A stretch of DNA of 63,882 nucleotides, the filler included, from Cercozoa sp. M6MM (taxonomy: Eukaryota; Protista; Endomyxa: Ascetosporea): assembly GCA_040357565.1 (NCBI GenBank). It is 11 parts of 11 records of this genome, joined end to end, with 100 filler letters (N's around TTAATTAATTAA, not from the genome) between each part and the next. Parts side by side here need not be neighbours in the genome. Positions count along the whole stretch, not along the records: positions 1 to 3,018 come from JBDODJ010001648.1; positions 3,119 to 6,270 come from JBDODJ010001583.1; positions 6,371 to 13,868 come from JBDODJ010000625.1; 8 more parts are not named here. The stretch is one strand, 5' to 3'. The notes beneath the pieces are model-generated. The model was not told the origin of the DNA, ran no database searches, and was given only the letters and a program-made list of their open reading frames with translations. The translations under genes were made by a program, and so were the position numbers. Position 1 is the stretch's first letter, and each line of letters starts with the position of its first letter. This document shows, in pieces, positions 1 to 11,326 of the stretch.

Positions 1-1727
1 AAACCTCTCCAAATCGCGTTTCTGCAGCTGCAGTTCGTCCAAGAGATTTCGCAGCTCGAGCTGCGCGTGATGACTCGTTTCGCGCAGCTGCGTCGATCTC
101 GCTTTTTCTTCCTCCAACTGACGCTTCAACTCGTCCAACTCCTCTCTGGGGCAAGGGGTACAGGGCAAGGTTAAAGGGGGAAGGGTAAAAGGGAGGGGTA
201 GAGGGGAAAGGGTAGGGGGTAGAGGGGTGGAATAAAGGTGTATAAGACTACCTCGAGATCTCCGGAATCACCGGCGTTGGAGGCGCTTGCAACGCGCGCA
301 TTCGCGAGTGTTGCCGGAAGAAACTCACGTCTGTTGGGGGGGGGGGGTAAGGGGGGTAAAGGGGGTATGGGCAGAGTAAAGGCACATGTGATGACGGAGA
401 GTTTGTCGGGCGACCGCGCGACCAACGCAGCGTCCAGCAGCGCCGGAATTTGCAACAACTCGTCTGGGGGAGGGGGGTAAAAAGGGGGGTAAAAAGGGGG
501 GGGGGGGTAAAAAGGGAATAAGGGGAAAGGGGGATGGGTAGGGGTAAGGAAGGGTTAGGGTAGGGGGCAAAACACCAGCCTTGCCAAACGCGTGCGACAG
601 AGCGCACTCGAACCGACGCGACGTTTCTTCCGTGTCGGGTCGATCGCCGTCCTCATCGCATGGCACCTGGGTCAGGAAGTACAAATTTAAGGAAGTGAAT
701 CAAGAGCAAAAGGAAATAGCCGCGTAAATACGCGGATAAATTAAGGGTAAAGTCGGTAAAAAGAGCAGGGAAAACTGCAGGTAAAACAGGAAAAATTAGC
801 AGCACAACCACCCTACCCGAAAGGCATCGACGTCAACGCGTTCCTCGGGAGTGTCCAACAATCCGTGCTGCCTGTCCTCGTCCAACAGAGCGTTCGTGAG
901 CTGCATGAACGCCACGCCGTCGCGGAAACTGGAATTTTTTAATTTTCTAAGTTTCAAACCCGCATCATGGGTCAACAGCAAACTGTACTGCTGATCGAAG
1001 TTGCGCACTTGCTCGTCGGCAGGGAGTCGCTGATTGACCCACTCAAGCAGTTCCTTGGCGCTGCCATCGTTGCCGCTGCTGTTGCCGCTGTTTTGATCGG
1101 GGTCAGTGCCCGCGTCACGCGCTGTGATCGCATTCACGTGGAAGAACAAAATGTTCTGCCACAGTAGGCCTGTCCACAGACATCAGTTGGGTTAGTTTAG
1201 TCTTCTGACAGAGGAAGAAATGTACCGAGCAAGGCGCGCAGGTTTTGACGACCCGTGACCATTGGGGCGTCGATGTTCACCAGTGGTCTGTATTTGTTCA
1301 GTTTCGGAAAATACGAAAATACACGATCTGCGATATGTTGGTACCGCTTGGTGGCACGCACAAACGCGTCCATTGCGTTCTGTACGTTGATGTTGGCCTC
1401 GAAAATCCTGCAAAAAAAAAACAAATACAGTTGAAAAAACTGGACAGGATTTTCGCTACGATCTGGGAGGCTCCGAGTAGCGAGGAGGCGCTACATTGGC
1501 CGGGAGCAATGTCTCCATCAGCTTGCAGATCACTACACCATCCGCGAGGTCCTCTTGCAGACCGCTGGCATCAGTTCGCACCGAGATATCGCGGGGCGAC
1601 AACTGCACATTGATCCAGCCTGCGCGTTTCGGGTATCAACACACAAACGAAGTTTAGTGCCTGAACTGCGAAAGAAAGTACCAGCAAATGTGTGCACTTG
1701 CTGCTGCACCCACAGCGGCAGATCCAT
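1..1727 (-). CDS. Tandem calponin-homology actin-binding protein with following coiled coil (alpha-actinin/filamin-type ABD, cortexillin-like layout); 3' end runs off the window
   Basis: Spliced translation WVQQQVHTFAGWINVQL...EDLADGVVICKLME (CH1), LVNIDAPMV...LWQNILFFHV, SAKELLEWVNQRLP...SFRDGVAF...IPALLDA...PDKLSVITYVSFF (CH2), then heptad-rich ELDELKRQLEEEK; GT-AG introns. Confidence 0.85.
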
Positions 1728-2128
1728 TCGTCAACTGGAAAAACGCGATCACGAAAGCAAAAAAAGCAGAAAAAAGGAGGCATCAACACACTGGATGAAG
1801 CGATTAATGGCTCAAGCCGATGTGTTAGATGCTAAAGAATGGCCGGAACACGTGTAAAAATCGTTTGCTTGAGCAAGAAACGCGCGGGCTCGCTAACGCT
1901 TTTCGGCCAAAATCGGCTCCTGTGGTCCTGCTCTCGGTAAAGATTAAAGAAAAGCCCAGTGATCGTGCACGTAGAGGCTGGCTCAGCTGTTCTCCTGTGT
2001 GTTGGATCTGCAGGCATGGCTGCAGTGTTGCCAAAGCCAGACGTAAGCAACGCTAGGCGTTATTGCTGAGTGTTTGATTGCTGGAGTGTGCCCTGTGGCG
2101 TGCTCAAAAAAGCTAATTGGGCACACTA

Positions 2129-3018
2129 ATGCCGGAGCAGCTTTTAGGAACTTTATGGGTGTGATGGGGGAATTTGATCGGCATAATCACGTGTTTTTGG
2201 CACACTGGGATCATTCGGAGTGTGGTCTGCCACGTGGCCACGCATGTGTGTCCCAAACACTTGAGTTTGTTGCGCAGTGGCAGAAGGGCGACCTGCTGCT
2301 GGCGTCGCTGGAGGTGGCACAGTCGGCGTCGCGACTAAAGGATGTCACGCTGGCGTGCTTCGCTCTGTCGCGAGGCGACAAGGCCATTGTGAGGTACTGC
2401 AGGGCTGTTGTTTGGAGCTCTCGATTGGTCCAACTGAGAGTCCATCTGTACAGACCACTAGACCCAGCGAGTCAGAAGCAAGGCCGACCGACGACGGTGC
2501 CGCAGACGGCGCTGCAAGCTATCTCGCCGGCCTTGCTGCCGGTCGTTAATCGGCGCTCGCGACTCGACGTGTCGCTCCTGTCGACCGAGGAGGTGCTTTC
2601 CCCCTTCTCTTCAGCTTCTTCGCCTCCTCTTTACCCTCTTTACCTCTTTACCCCCCCCTTTTTACCTCCTCTTTACCTTATCTTTACCCCTACTCCGTGC
2701 AGTTGACCGAGGCAGACACGGCGCTGGTGGCGCAACTGGCGCAGGCACACAAAGTGGCGTCGCTGCTGTGCGGACGCTCGCTGCTGCACACGCCTGCTGT
2801 ACCTCTTAGCCCTTAGTCTCTGCTCTCTACCTTTCTTACTTCCTACCCTTGCTCCTTCTCCCTACCCTTGCTCCTTCTCCCCAGGGCAACAAAAAAGACA
2901 CGGCGTTAAGTGAGTTCTGCCGCATCGTGGCACGGCAGGCACGCGTGGCCGAGCGTCCGCAGGTGCTTTACCCCGCCCTCTTTCTCCCTTCCTATCTTGC
3001 CTTACCCACCCCCCCCCC
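2129..3018 (+). CDS. Uncharacterised multi-exon protein, 5' part, truncated by contig end
   Basis: GC-rich exons join in frame across GT-AG introns (WQKGDLLLASLEV...LSTEE|LTEADTALV...|GNKKDTALSEF); no motif recognised; start uncertain. Confidence 0.55.
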
Positions 3019-3118
3019 NNNNNNNNNNNNNNNNNNNNNNNNNNNNNNNNNNNNNNNNNNNNTTAATTAATTAANNNNNNNNNNNNNNNNNNNNNNNNNN
3101 NNNNNNNNNNNNNNNNNN
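3019..3118. other. Artificial contig-joining spacer (N-run + TTAATTAATTAA + N-run, 100 nt); also at 6271-6370, 13869-13968, 19737-19836, 22203-22302, 46455-46554, 49859-49958, 54193-54292, 59859-59958, 61033-61132
   Basis: Identical 12-mer giving stops in all six frames, centred in N-runs; most contig ends are poly-C, (CA)n, (TA)n or similar simple repeats. Confidence 0.97.
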
Positions 3119-5311
3119 TGACTGCCCATGAGTTGAGCGGCACTTGCTGCAAACAGGCCATTGTCTCGACTGTCACCCTGAGAAACAACAATACCAAACA
3201 TACAGAGGGACGGCAACGCTATGTTATTTTAATACCACAAAAGAATGCACGAGATTGACGACCTCGACAGGAACCGCGCCTTCTCCAAACGCATCGTCGC
3301 ACATGTTCAACAACAGTGTGTGCGTATCCTTTAGAAGGCGTGTCGTCACCTGCTGCGCAAGTTGCAGTAGCAGGCTCTGCACCAGGACACACTGTGCGTT
3401 CTCAAGGGTATCTGGTTGCGACCTCTGTTTCGTCCCCGTGACACCTACAAAACGTACATGCAAAAGTACCAATTAACTGTACTCTAGTACTGGAGGTACC
3501 GGAAAGAACAAACATCCACAGCAGTGCGTGCACTTCTTGCAGAGCTTTCGATGACATGAAGACATGCTCGCGACGGCATGACCTTGGAAACAACAGGCGC
3601 TGTACAGGAAAGACGCTCAGTCGGGCACCTTGACTCGACAGGACGGACGGGATCGTGCCAAGCACTTTCGCGAGCCCATGAAGCGATCGACGCAGCTGAG
3701 ATGAGTAGCGGAACTCGCATGTTTCACCGAGAATCCACAGCTTGACGGGCTGCAGTTCCACGCTACCTCCTATTTGAGTGAGACAATAAATGTAGACTTT
3801 GGTGGCAACCGTGTGTTAAGAACACAAGTACGCAACATTCGAAGCACTTGCATGGCACGATCGACGTCATCTGCTGAGGCATCGGCACACTGCGAGATGA
3901 AAGACTTTGCCATTTCCGGCAGTGATGCCAAGGGAGCGTGGATTCTGCCCTTGCCCTCCTCTGCACACACACAACATCATGCGCTCTTATGCTAATCTAC
4001 CATGCGCCATACCAAGGAACGGCAGCAAGTGCGCCCACTCGGACAATGGTTGCGATCGCACACTCGTCAAGACTCCCTGGATATTAACGACTCCCGTGTG
4101 CATCCTCATCACTACGCATCAACTTGAAAATTAAGTGCAGCGTAGGCGTGCAGTGAGATGTGAATACCGTCGACGAGAGAACCTCCAAGCGACAGATGAT
4201 GCGCACACCTGCCACTCACGTAGGAGCCAAAGTCAAAGGACTGCACGACCTCGTGCGCCATCAGGAGGCCTGCACGCACAGACAATATACACCTGACCCG
4301 ACTGGTAGTGAAGAACCGAAACTCACGCGCGAAAGGCGATGTGTTGCGAACGATTTTGGAGTGCACGCGCGCATTGATCCGCTCTAGCATGCGCGTGTAG
4401 TCCACACGACTGTCTTGAATGTTGAACATCACTTGCATCTCGTTGAACAAGTCTAGTTTTAACGCAAGGCCACGATACATTGAGAATACAAAACCGACAG
4501 AGGCAAATACCAGAGTAATCTGGGCTCTCCATGCAGAGTGACGGTTTCACAAGCATGCACGGCAGCCACTCTTGCAGACACAGGGTGCCACCCTTTCGTC
4601 GCACCATTTCCATCGCGTACTTGACACGCGTGCGGACAAAGGTCGCCAGTTTGTTCTAAATAAAGTCTGAGTGAACTTGGATGCACAACGCGAAATCCAA
4701 GACACCGGACAAGGCGACTCCTCAATGAACTCCCAGCACGTGCTCGCTGCCTTCAAGCACAATTCGGCAACAATGAGAACGTCTCTGGCATCACTTGGCA
4801 GCAATACCAGTTTCAGTTTCGGTGACAGTGAGAATTCGAACTGCATGTCGAATTCCTCCAAGCAGTGAATGAAATCCGGGTCACAGGCACCTGTTCAGGT
4901 TTCACTGATTCAACAAGTGCAACTCGGGAGTATCGAGAATTCACACCGGACAGCGGGTCGTATAGTTTTGCCTCGCACCACAGAAGGTACACCAGTGCGT
5001 TGGATATCGCGTAGTTGGTCTACACAGAACACAGACAGACACAGAGACACACACACACACACATACATTATGCCGTGCACATTCGTGTTCGAACAGAATG
5101 AATTCAGACCAATACCTCAGTGCTGACTGTTGCCACTCTGCGAAGCGCTCGCAAAGTGTAGCTCTAAATCAAGTGAAGCGCAAGCATCACAACTCGTGCA
5201 AATGCAAGCATGAACAAATACTGTAATGTCGTCGGAGTGTTCGATCGAAGTTTGCACTCGTAACATACGGTTCGGATGTCCTTTCACTGCAACAGCGGCG
5301 ACCACTTTCAT
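3119..5311 (-). CDS. Uncharacterised multi-exon protein, truncated at contig end
   Basis: Series of open exon-like blocks with GT-AG borders (MKVVAAVAVKGHPNRML..., LKLVLLPSDARDVLIVAEL..., LDLFNEMQVMFNIQ..., VQSLLLQLAQQV...); no family recognised. Confidence 0.5.
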
Positions 5312-5598
5312 TCGTGGTGTGCTCACAAAAAACACAGCAGAGTTTCGAACCGAAGGCCTTCGCCAGCATCGAGATGCATGTCCCAACGTCATATTTGTAC
5401 TTGTAAAGCGGCATTGAGCTAAAAACTGAGCTTAAACCCCAAAATAGTGACTAGAAACAGCCACAACGTCTTGAAAGTGCTCGACTTTTTCGACTTGAGA
5501 CGAACCGACCGTGCGCTGTTTTACGGTATTAGCACGTACGGTACATGTGCTTTAGTAGCTAGCAGGTGGCATGAGTCGAGTCCAGGCGGGAGCAGAGG

Positions 5599-6150
5599 CT
5601 AGAGGAAGAGCTGCACAGTCTGGCGCACCCGTGCCTCGTCCTGCGGCGACAGAGGCTCGCGCGCGTGCACGGCGTGGCACAGCAGATCGACGGTGTCGAC
5701 GCCGAGCAGTTCAACGCAGCGGTGCAGCAGGTTGAAGTCGGAGAACATGCGGTGTACGGGTGAGGACTGGTAGCGCCGCAGGTGGTCCAGCACAACGGCA
5801 GGTGCTGCGTCGCTCGGGCCTGGGGGGGGGCGGGAGTGAGGAGGGTAGAGAAGGGTAGAGTAGGTAGTGATACACGAGTGCCGCTCGAACAATGGTTGTG
5901 CCGTCGAAGACACCGTGACTGGGAAAGTCACGATCAACTCATCCGGCAGGAAGCCTTCGCCGGGCTGGAGCATCCTGGGGGTATGAGGGGTAGGGGATAA
6001 GAGGGGGGACAAGAGGACGCAGTACTTGTTCTTGTAGACAACGCGAGAAACCATCTCGCCGTCGCTGCCTTGACGAGAGCTCAGAAGGAAGGGATCCTTG
6101 TGCGCAGCCAGCACGTGATCGCGCTCCATCGCAACGCACTGGTCGCTCAC
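5599..6150 (-). CDS. NPL4: NPL4 (Cdc48/p97 cofactor), C-terminal exons
   Basis: (Q)VSDQCVAMERDHVL, VVYKNK, FLPDELIVTFP and FSDFNLLH match the Npl4 motifs QVSNQCMALVRD / LPVEYLI / SDFHLL. Confidence 0.8.
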   Translation of the reverse strand: MSDQCVAMERDHVLAAHKDPFLLSSRQGSDGEMVSRVVYKNKYCVLLSPLLSPTPHTPRMLQPGEGFLPDELIVTFPVTVSSTAQPLFERHSCITTYSTLLYPPHSRPPPGPSDAAPAVVLDHLRRYQSSPVHRMFSDFNLLHRCVELLGVDTVDLLCHAVHAREPLSPQDEARVRQTVQLFL

Positions 6151-6172
6151 CTGTTGGCACGTGTCAAGTTGA

Positions 6173-6213
<41 letters not shown>

Positions 6214-6218
6214 CGCAC

Positions 6219-6270
<52 letters not shown>

Positions 6271-6430
6271 NNNNNNNNNNNNNNNNNNNNNNNNNNNNNN
6301 NNNNNNNNNNNNNNTTAATTAATTAANNNNNNNNNNNNNNNNNNNNNNNNNNNNNNNNNNNNNNNNNNNNCCCCCCCCCCCCCCCACCACCACCAGACCT
6401 ATTTTTCTGTACTTGGTTGCACTTGGTAGG

Positions 6431-6520
6431 CGGTGAACTGTCGCCTCTGCAGTCGCGTCTGTCGCCGCGTGCCGTCGCAGGCCTGGGACCTGTACTGCTT
6501 CTATATATCTATATATCTAT

Positions 6521-6555
<35 letters not shown>

Positions 6556-7031
6556 TTTGTTTATTTGTTTATTTGTTTATTTATTTAATTTTTTTAAATT
6601 GTTATTTATTGATATATTAACCTAGTGTATCCATGTAGCTTTTTATATATACATCTGTATATCTGTGTGGGTAGACGGTGTCGCCACTGGCGCTGTCATC
6701 GACGGCGATGGTGCCGCAGTCGCCGCTGCAGTCGCAGTCGCAGCCGCCGCTGACGCGCGTGCGCTCCTCCTCCTCTGCCTCTCGGTAGTGTTACCTTAAG
6801 TGTGTTCTCTCAGAAGTGTTACCTCAGGGTGGTAAGGAGGGAGGTGAGATGGCTATGATATCGCTGTGTTTATGTGTGTGCAGAAGGGCGTCGCTGCAGC
6901 CGCACAAGCACCACCACCACCGACACCACGCGCACAAGGCGCGCTCGAACTCCAAGACTCCGCCGCGCTCCAGCACAACCGACATGGGCACGCCGCGCTC
7001 CAACACTGTCACTGCCACTGCCGCCAAGTGA
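6431..7031 (+). CDS. Low-complexity Ser/Pro/His-rich C-terminal exons of an unknown gene
   Basis: Three GC-rich exons separated by GT-AG introns, ending ...TVTATAAK*. Confidence 0.5.
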
Positions 7032-7711
7032 GCCGACGCGCCTTTTGCTTTCCATTCGAAACGGTTGACCTTCGCCTGCCACACGACAGCACGAGCAGGC
7101 GAGGAGCTTGTTTTCCAGTGTCACAAGACTGTATTTATCCGACCTACCGTACGCTCGCGCTACGAATTTTTCACAGTCTGCTACTAACGTATGTCGTTGC
7201 TGCGTCTTTCGCTTGACGCGGTGCTACGCTACAAAAATGTTACAACATGAGAGCTACTGTACCCGCGCGGAAGAAACCCAACAATCTGGGAGGGGCAGTC
7301 GAAAATCCCTCGTCTGCGCGCAAATCACATAGTAGAGCAGGCGACAAAGTGGATTTGGAATTAGAAGGAAACGGTCAGTGCCTTTCCAATAGCAAGAGCA
7401 AATATAGGGCAACAGTTACGACAGGCCCAGTGTTTGCAAATTAGCACCTTCTCAAAAGCAGAGCCATAAAACACCAAACTTTAAACAGAAACTGTTCCAA
7501 CTGAGGTCATTTTCCGCGTGAAAGTGGTAGTTTTCTTTTAATTGCAGCCTTCGGGCTTTCGGCGACCTTTTCCACAAGGTCGTCTTCAATACCTTAGTTA
7601 CTGGTTCTCCATATCGTAACACTTGGTCGCACTTACAAGTTAAAGCACTTGTTTAAATTTAGTACAGTAAAATTTTTTTACATCAAGTGCGTTGTACTAG
7701 CAGTCCCAGTG

Positions 7712-9538
7712 TCAGTACTGCTGCATGAGAGTGAGTCCGAAGCCAACTAGCAGCGACAGGCCGTAACTGGCAGCAGCAGCGGAGTCAGTCAAGCCCCGGT
7801 TGGGTGTGTCATCTTGGGTCGTGTTGGTGGCCTCTAAGCAGTTAAAAGTTAAGCAATCAAAATTGGGTGGCAGTGTTGGTACCGAGCAGAGAGAGACGCG
7901 CATCCAGAAGCGCAACGGTGGCATTGAGAGCGGCCACCTGAGCTTGCAGCTGGGCCGTCGAGTCGCTGTTGCTGCCGACGGAGACGTTGAGCGAGTCGAT
8001 GCGATCGTTGACGGCCGTGTCGTTGCTGCCGCCCTGTAGACCACTGAGACTCGCGTTGAGTGACTCGATACTGCTGGTGTGGGTGGCCACAACGGCACTC
8101 AGCGTGCTGTTTACTGTGTTGAGATTGTTCTCATTGTCACTCACACCCGAACTCAGTGAGTTGAGTGTGCTGTTCAAACTGTCAATGTTGCTGCTAGTGT
8201 CAGTAGACAGTGTGCTCACTGTCGAACTAAGTGAGTTGAGTGTGCTGTTCAAACTGTCAATGTTGCTGCTAGTGTCATCAAGCATAGAACTCACACTGGC
8301 ACCGAGATTTTGCAGACTGCTGTTCAAGCTGTTGATGTCACTGGACAGGCCACTCACTGTAGAACTCAGCGAGTTGACACTGCTGTTGACCGAGCTGAGA
8401 TTGTCACTGACTGTTCCCAGAGTCGTGTTGAGCGAGTTGATGTTGCTGGTGGTGTCACTGGACAGAGTGCTCACGGTCGAACTGAGAGCATTGAGACTGT
8501 TGTTGACTGAAGTGATGTCGCTTGTGACTGAACTGATGTCAAGACCACTCACTGTGGAATTGAGCGACACCACCGTGCTGTTAAGCGCGTCAAAGTCGCT
8601 CTGCGAGGCGTAGCCATTCACTGCTGCTGTGATCGCGGTCTCCCACCTGCTCACCACGAGCCAAATGTCCAATCTAAGTTTACATGTCAGTCAGAAAGAA
8701 GCCCAAAACGCACTCGCCAACGGCTTTATCGACTTGGCTCTGTACAGAATGCACATGTACAATCTCAACCGAAACTAAATAGCCAGTGAGCTAACCGCAA
8801 ACAGCGTGGTGGTGGCGTACTGAAAGTTAACAGCCGTGTTGGTGGCCGTTTTGCCGTAGCACGTCACCAGCACCTTCATGTCATAGTCGGGTACGCAACT
8901 GCCGGTGTTGGCCTCGTCCGGGAACACGACGTGCATAATACTCGCTACAGTAGCAGTCGTAAATCCACACAAAAATGGGCACCCCCACCGTAAACAACTC
9001 ACAACTGTTGACGTAGGTGACCGTGGCCTCGAGCCCGGTGTTCGAGCGTCCGCAGCGACACTCCAGATCAGTCTCTCTCAGCAGGAAACCAAAAGGCACG
9101 GTGGTGTCAAAGACTTGCGCCCTGGAGGTTAAGTTTATATTAAACCAATCAATGCAGATTCGTCAAGGACTACTGGGTAGTACCAAAAGGGGTTAGGCTG
9201 CGACATGAGATGTGTGCTCTGCGCATCGTTGGTGAGCAACTGGAAGAAGGAAGTGTCGGTCTCGAAAGCCGTGGGAGCCGTCGTTCCACCCCCGCAGGTG
9301 TTTTCGCCCGAGCCCACGCAAAAGTAGAAGCCCTGCCTGGTGTAAAATTAGAATTAAAACGGAAGTCACACTATTTTTTCTCCTGGAGAGTACAACTATT
9401 GACAGTATGTGTAAGCTGTACCCGCGCGGCAGTGGGTGCCGATGTGTCCACGAAAGTGGACGGACGCGTGAGCGAAAGTGCCGCTGCGGCAGAGCGCACT
9501 GCACACAGCGAAAGCAACGCGACAGCCACTTGCAGCAT
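7712..9538 (-). CDS. Predicted GPI-anchored surface protein: signal peptide, Cys-containing head, long Ser/Asn/Thr-rich coiled-coil stalk
   Basis: MLQVAVALLSLCAVRSAAA signal; about 7 exons; heptads INSLNTT-LGTVSDN-LSSVNSS-VNSLSST...; many N-x-S/T sequons; C-terminus DSAAAASYGLSLLVGFGLTLMQQY*. Confidence 0.8.
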
Positions 9539-9883
9539 CTTGTTCCTCTGGTAGAATGTAACTTCACCGCGAGTAACTGTCAGGCAACTCCAACGCCGCA
9601 ACACGGACCCTTTGTCACAAGTGTGTTTGGGTCCCCACCCACGGACGGATCAACAGCAAAACGGTTGAGTCGGCGGCTTGTGTCCTACTGTAGGATCAGC
9701 AGATTGAGTCCGAGTCAAGCCGATCGATCAAGCGCAGGCACGTGCACGCGCTACTGTATCGGGACTCTTGCACTCTGTTGCAAGTGCGTTCCGCCGCACT
9801 TCCGCTTGAAGAAACCGGAACTCTGCAATCGTTTTCCACCAGCACCAGTTCAGCACCTTGCAGCTACCACAGGAGCCATCTCG

Positions 9884-10955
9884 ATGTCTGAGCCCTTCCT
9901 CGTATGTTCATTTTCACGGTCAGTCATTTTGGTGTGACTTCACTTCTTTCTGGCCAGGGAGAGATCAAGCTGTTCGCAGGCAACTTTGCTCCGCGCGGAT
10001 ACGACATCTGCGACGGCAGGCTGCTGCCGATTTCGCAATTCTCGGTAAAACTCAGGCCCACTCCAGAAAACGAAAATACGAAAATACGGGCTTTTAATTT
10101 ACTTCCGTGGGACTGCAGGCACTGTACAGTATCCTTGGCACCGCGTACGGCGGCGACGGTCGCAGCACGTTCGGTCTGCCGGACCTGCGCGCGCGCGTGC
10201 CGATGGGCATCGGTGCCGCACCCGGATTGTCGCGTATGTTTGCTTTAATCTCCAAAATGACTGCAGTTGACATCGAAAGCTGAAACACTTTGGGGTGTGG
10301 ACATTGCAGCCGTTACGTGGGGTGAGAAGAAGGGCATGGAGGTAGTGACTACGCAGGTGCAGGTCTCATCGACGCAGCAGGAACTGGACGTCCCGGTGCC
10401 GGCCACGGCGGTGCCGTCCTTCACGCCCGAACTACAGATCGCCGCCGCCAGCAGCAACCCGCGCAGTAGGCTCTTCTCTATTCTCTACGATTTGTATAGG
10501 AATAGATAGATGTATGTATATCTATATATTTCTTTCTGATATCATAGTAAACCACTACAGTATGTATGTTATATAAATTTATATGTAGGCGACTTTGCGC
10601 CGGGTCGCATCCTGCTGAAGGACAACCTCAAGTTCACCGATGTGTAAGTTGGGCTGGCAGCACCACTCAAAGTACAGTAGTACCGGTACCTTTGATGTGT
10701 GCAGTGCGGACGGCATCAACGTGCAGTCCATGAGTCTCGGCACCTTCCCGGGCGTGCAGCCCTCTGGCGACGCAGCTCCCACGACCGTGAAGGTACCATA
10801 GAGACTCCTATACTGTTCAGTACATGACGTAAACTGTGACTAAACAGGTGCCGCTCAACGTGGAAGCCGGCACTGCCCGGGTGCCGACGACGCAGCCTTC
10901 GCTCGGCCTGACTTACATCATCGCCGTCACGGGCATCTACCCGTCGCGCGACTAG
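9884..10955 (+). CDS. Phage tail-collar domain protein (bacterial microcystin-dependent/MdpB-like), 7 exons, 208 aa
   Basis: Exons 9884-9901, 9958-10044, 10119-10233, 10310-10465, 10589-10643, 10705-10792, 10848-10955 (627 nt) give MSEPFLGEIKLFAGNFAPRGYDICDGRLLPISQFSALYSILGTAYGGDGRSTFGLPDLRARVPMG...QPSLGLTYIIAVTGIYPSRD*. Confidence 0.93.
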
Positions 10956-11326
10956 TACTGTCTGTACTACTGCGACCTCGGGCTCAAACAAAACTGATCC
11001 GCGTTTTAAAAAGTCGATCCATTGTTTCTCTAACCAGCGCTAATTTCAACTTGTTCAAATGAACATTGGTCTCACCGGGCAAATTTTACTACAGTAGTTT
11101 GAATGTACAGTATCTATCTTTGTGGCATTGCGCAGAAGCTATTTTTTGTTTGAGTTTTGAGTTTTTCGAGCGACTTTAGAGTGCTACAATTGCCAATCAA
11201 GTGTGTGCACGGGTGTGCCCAGCGTATTCTGTAAGCAGTGTAGGCGCCAAATCGCTCACGTGCAGGTAGAAGTTTGAATGAATGACGGGTCAGAATCGGC
11301 GCAGCAGACACGTGCGTCAGGCACGA

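Noticed and set aside
3063-3074. Recurrent TTAATTAATTAA as a biological repeat or recombination site
   Set aside because: Always centred in 100-nt N spacers; an artificial six-frame-stop linker.
7969-8613. Long antisense ORF opposite the coiled-coil exon (and similar shadows in RRP5)
   Set aside because: Expected by-product of codon bias and repetitiveness on the coding strand.
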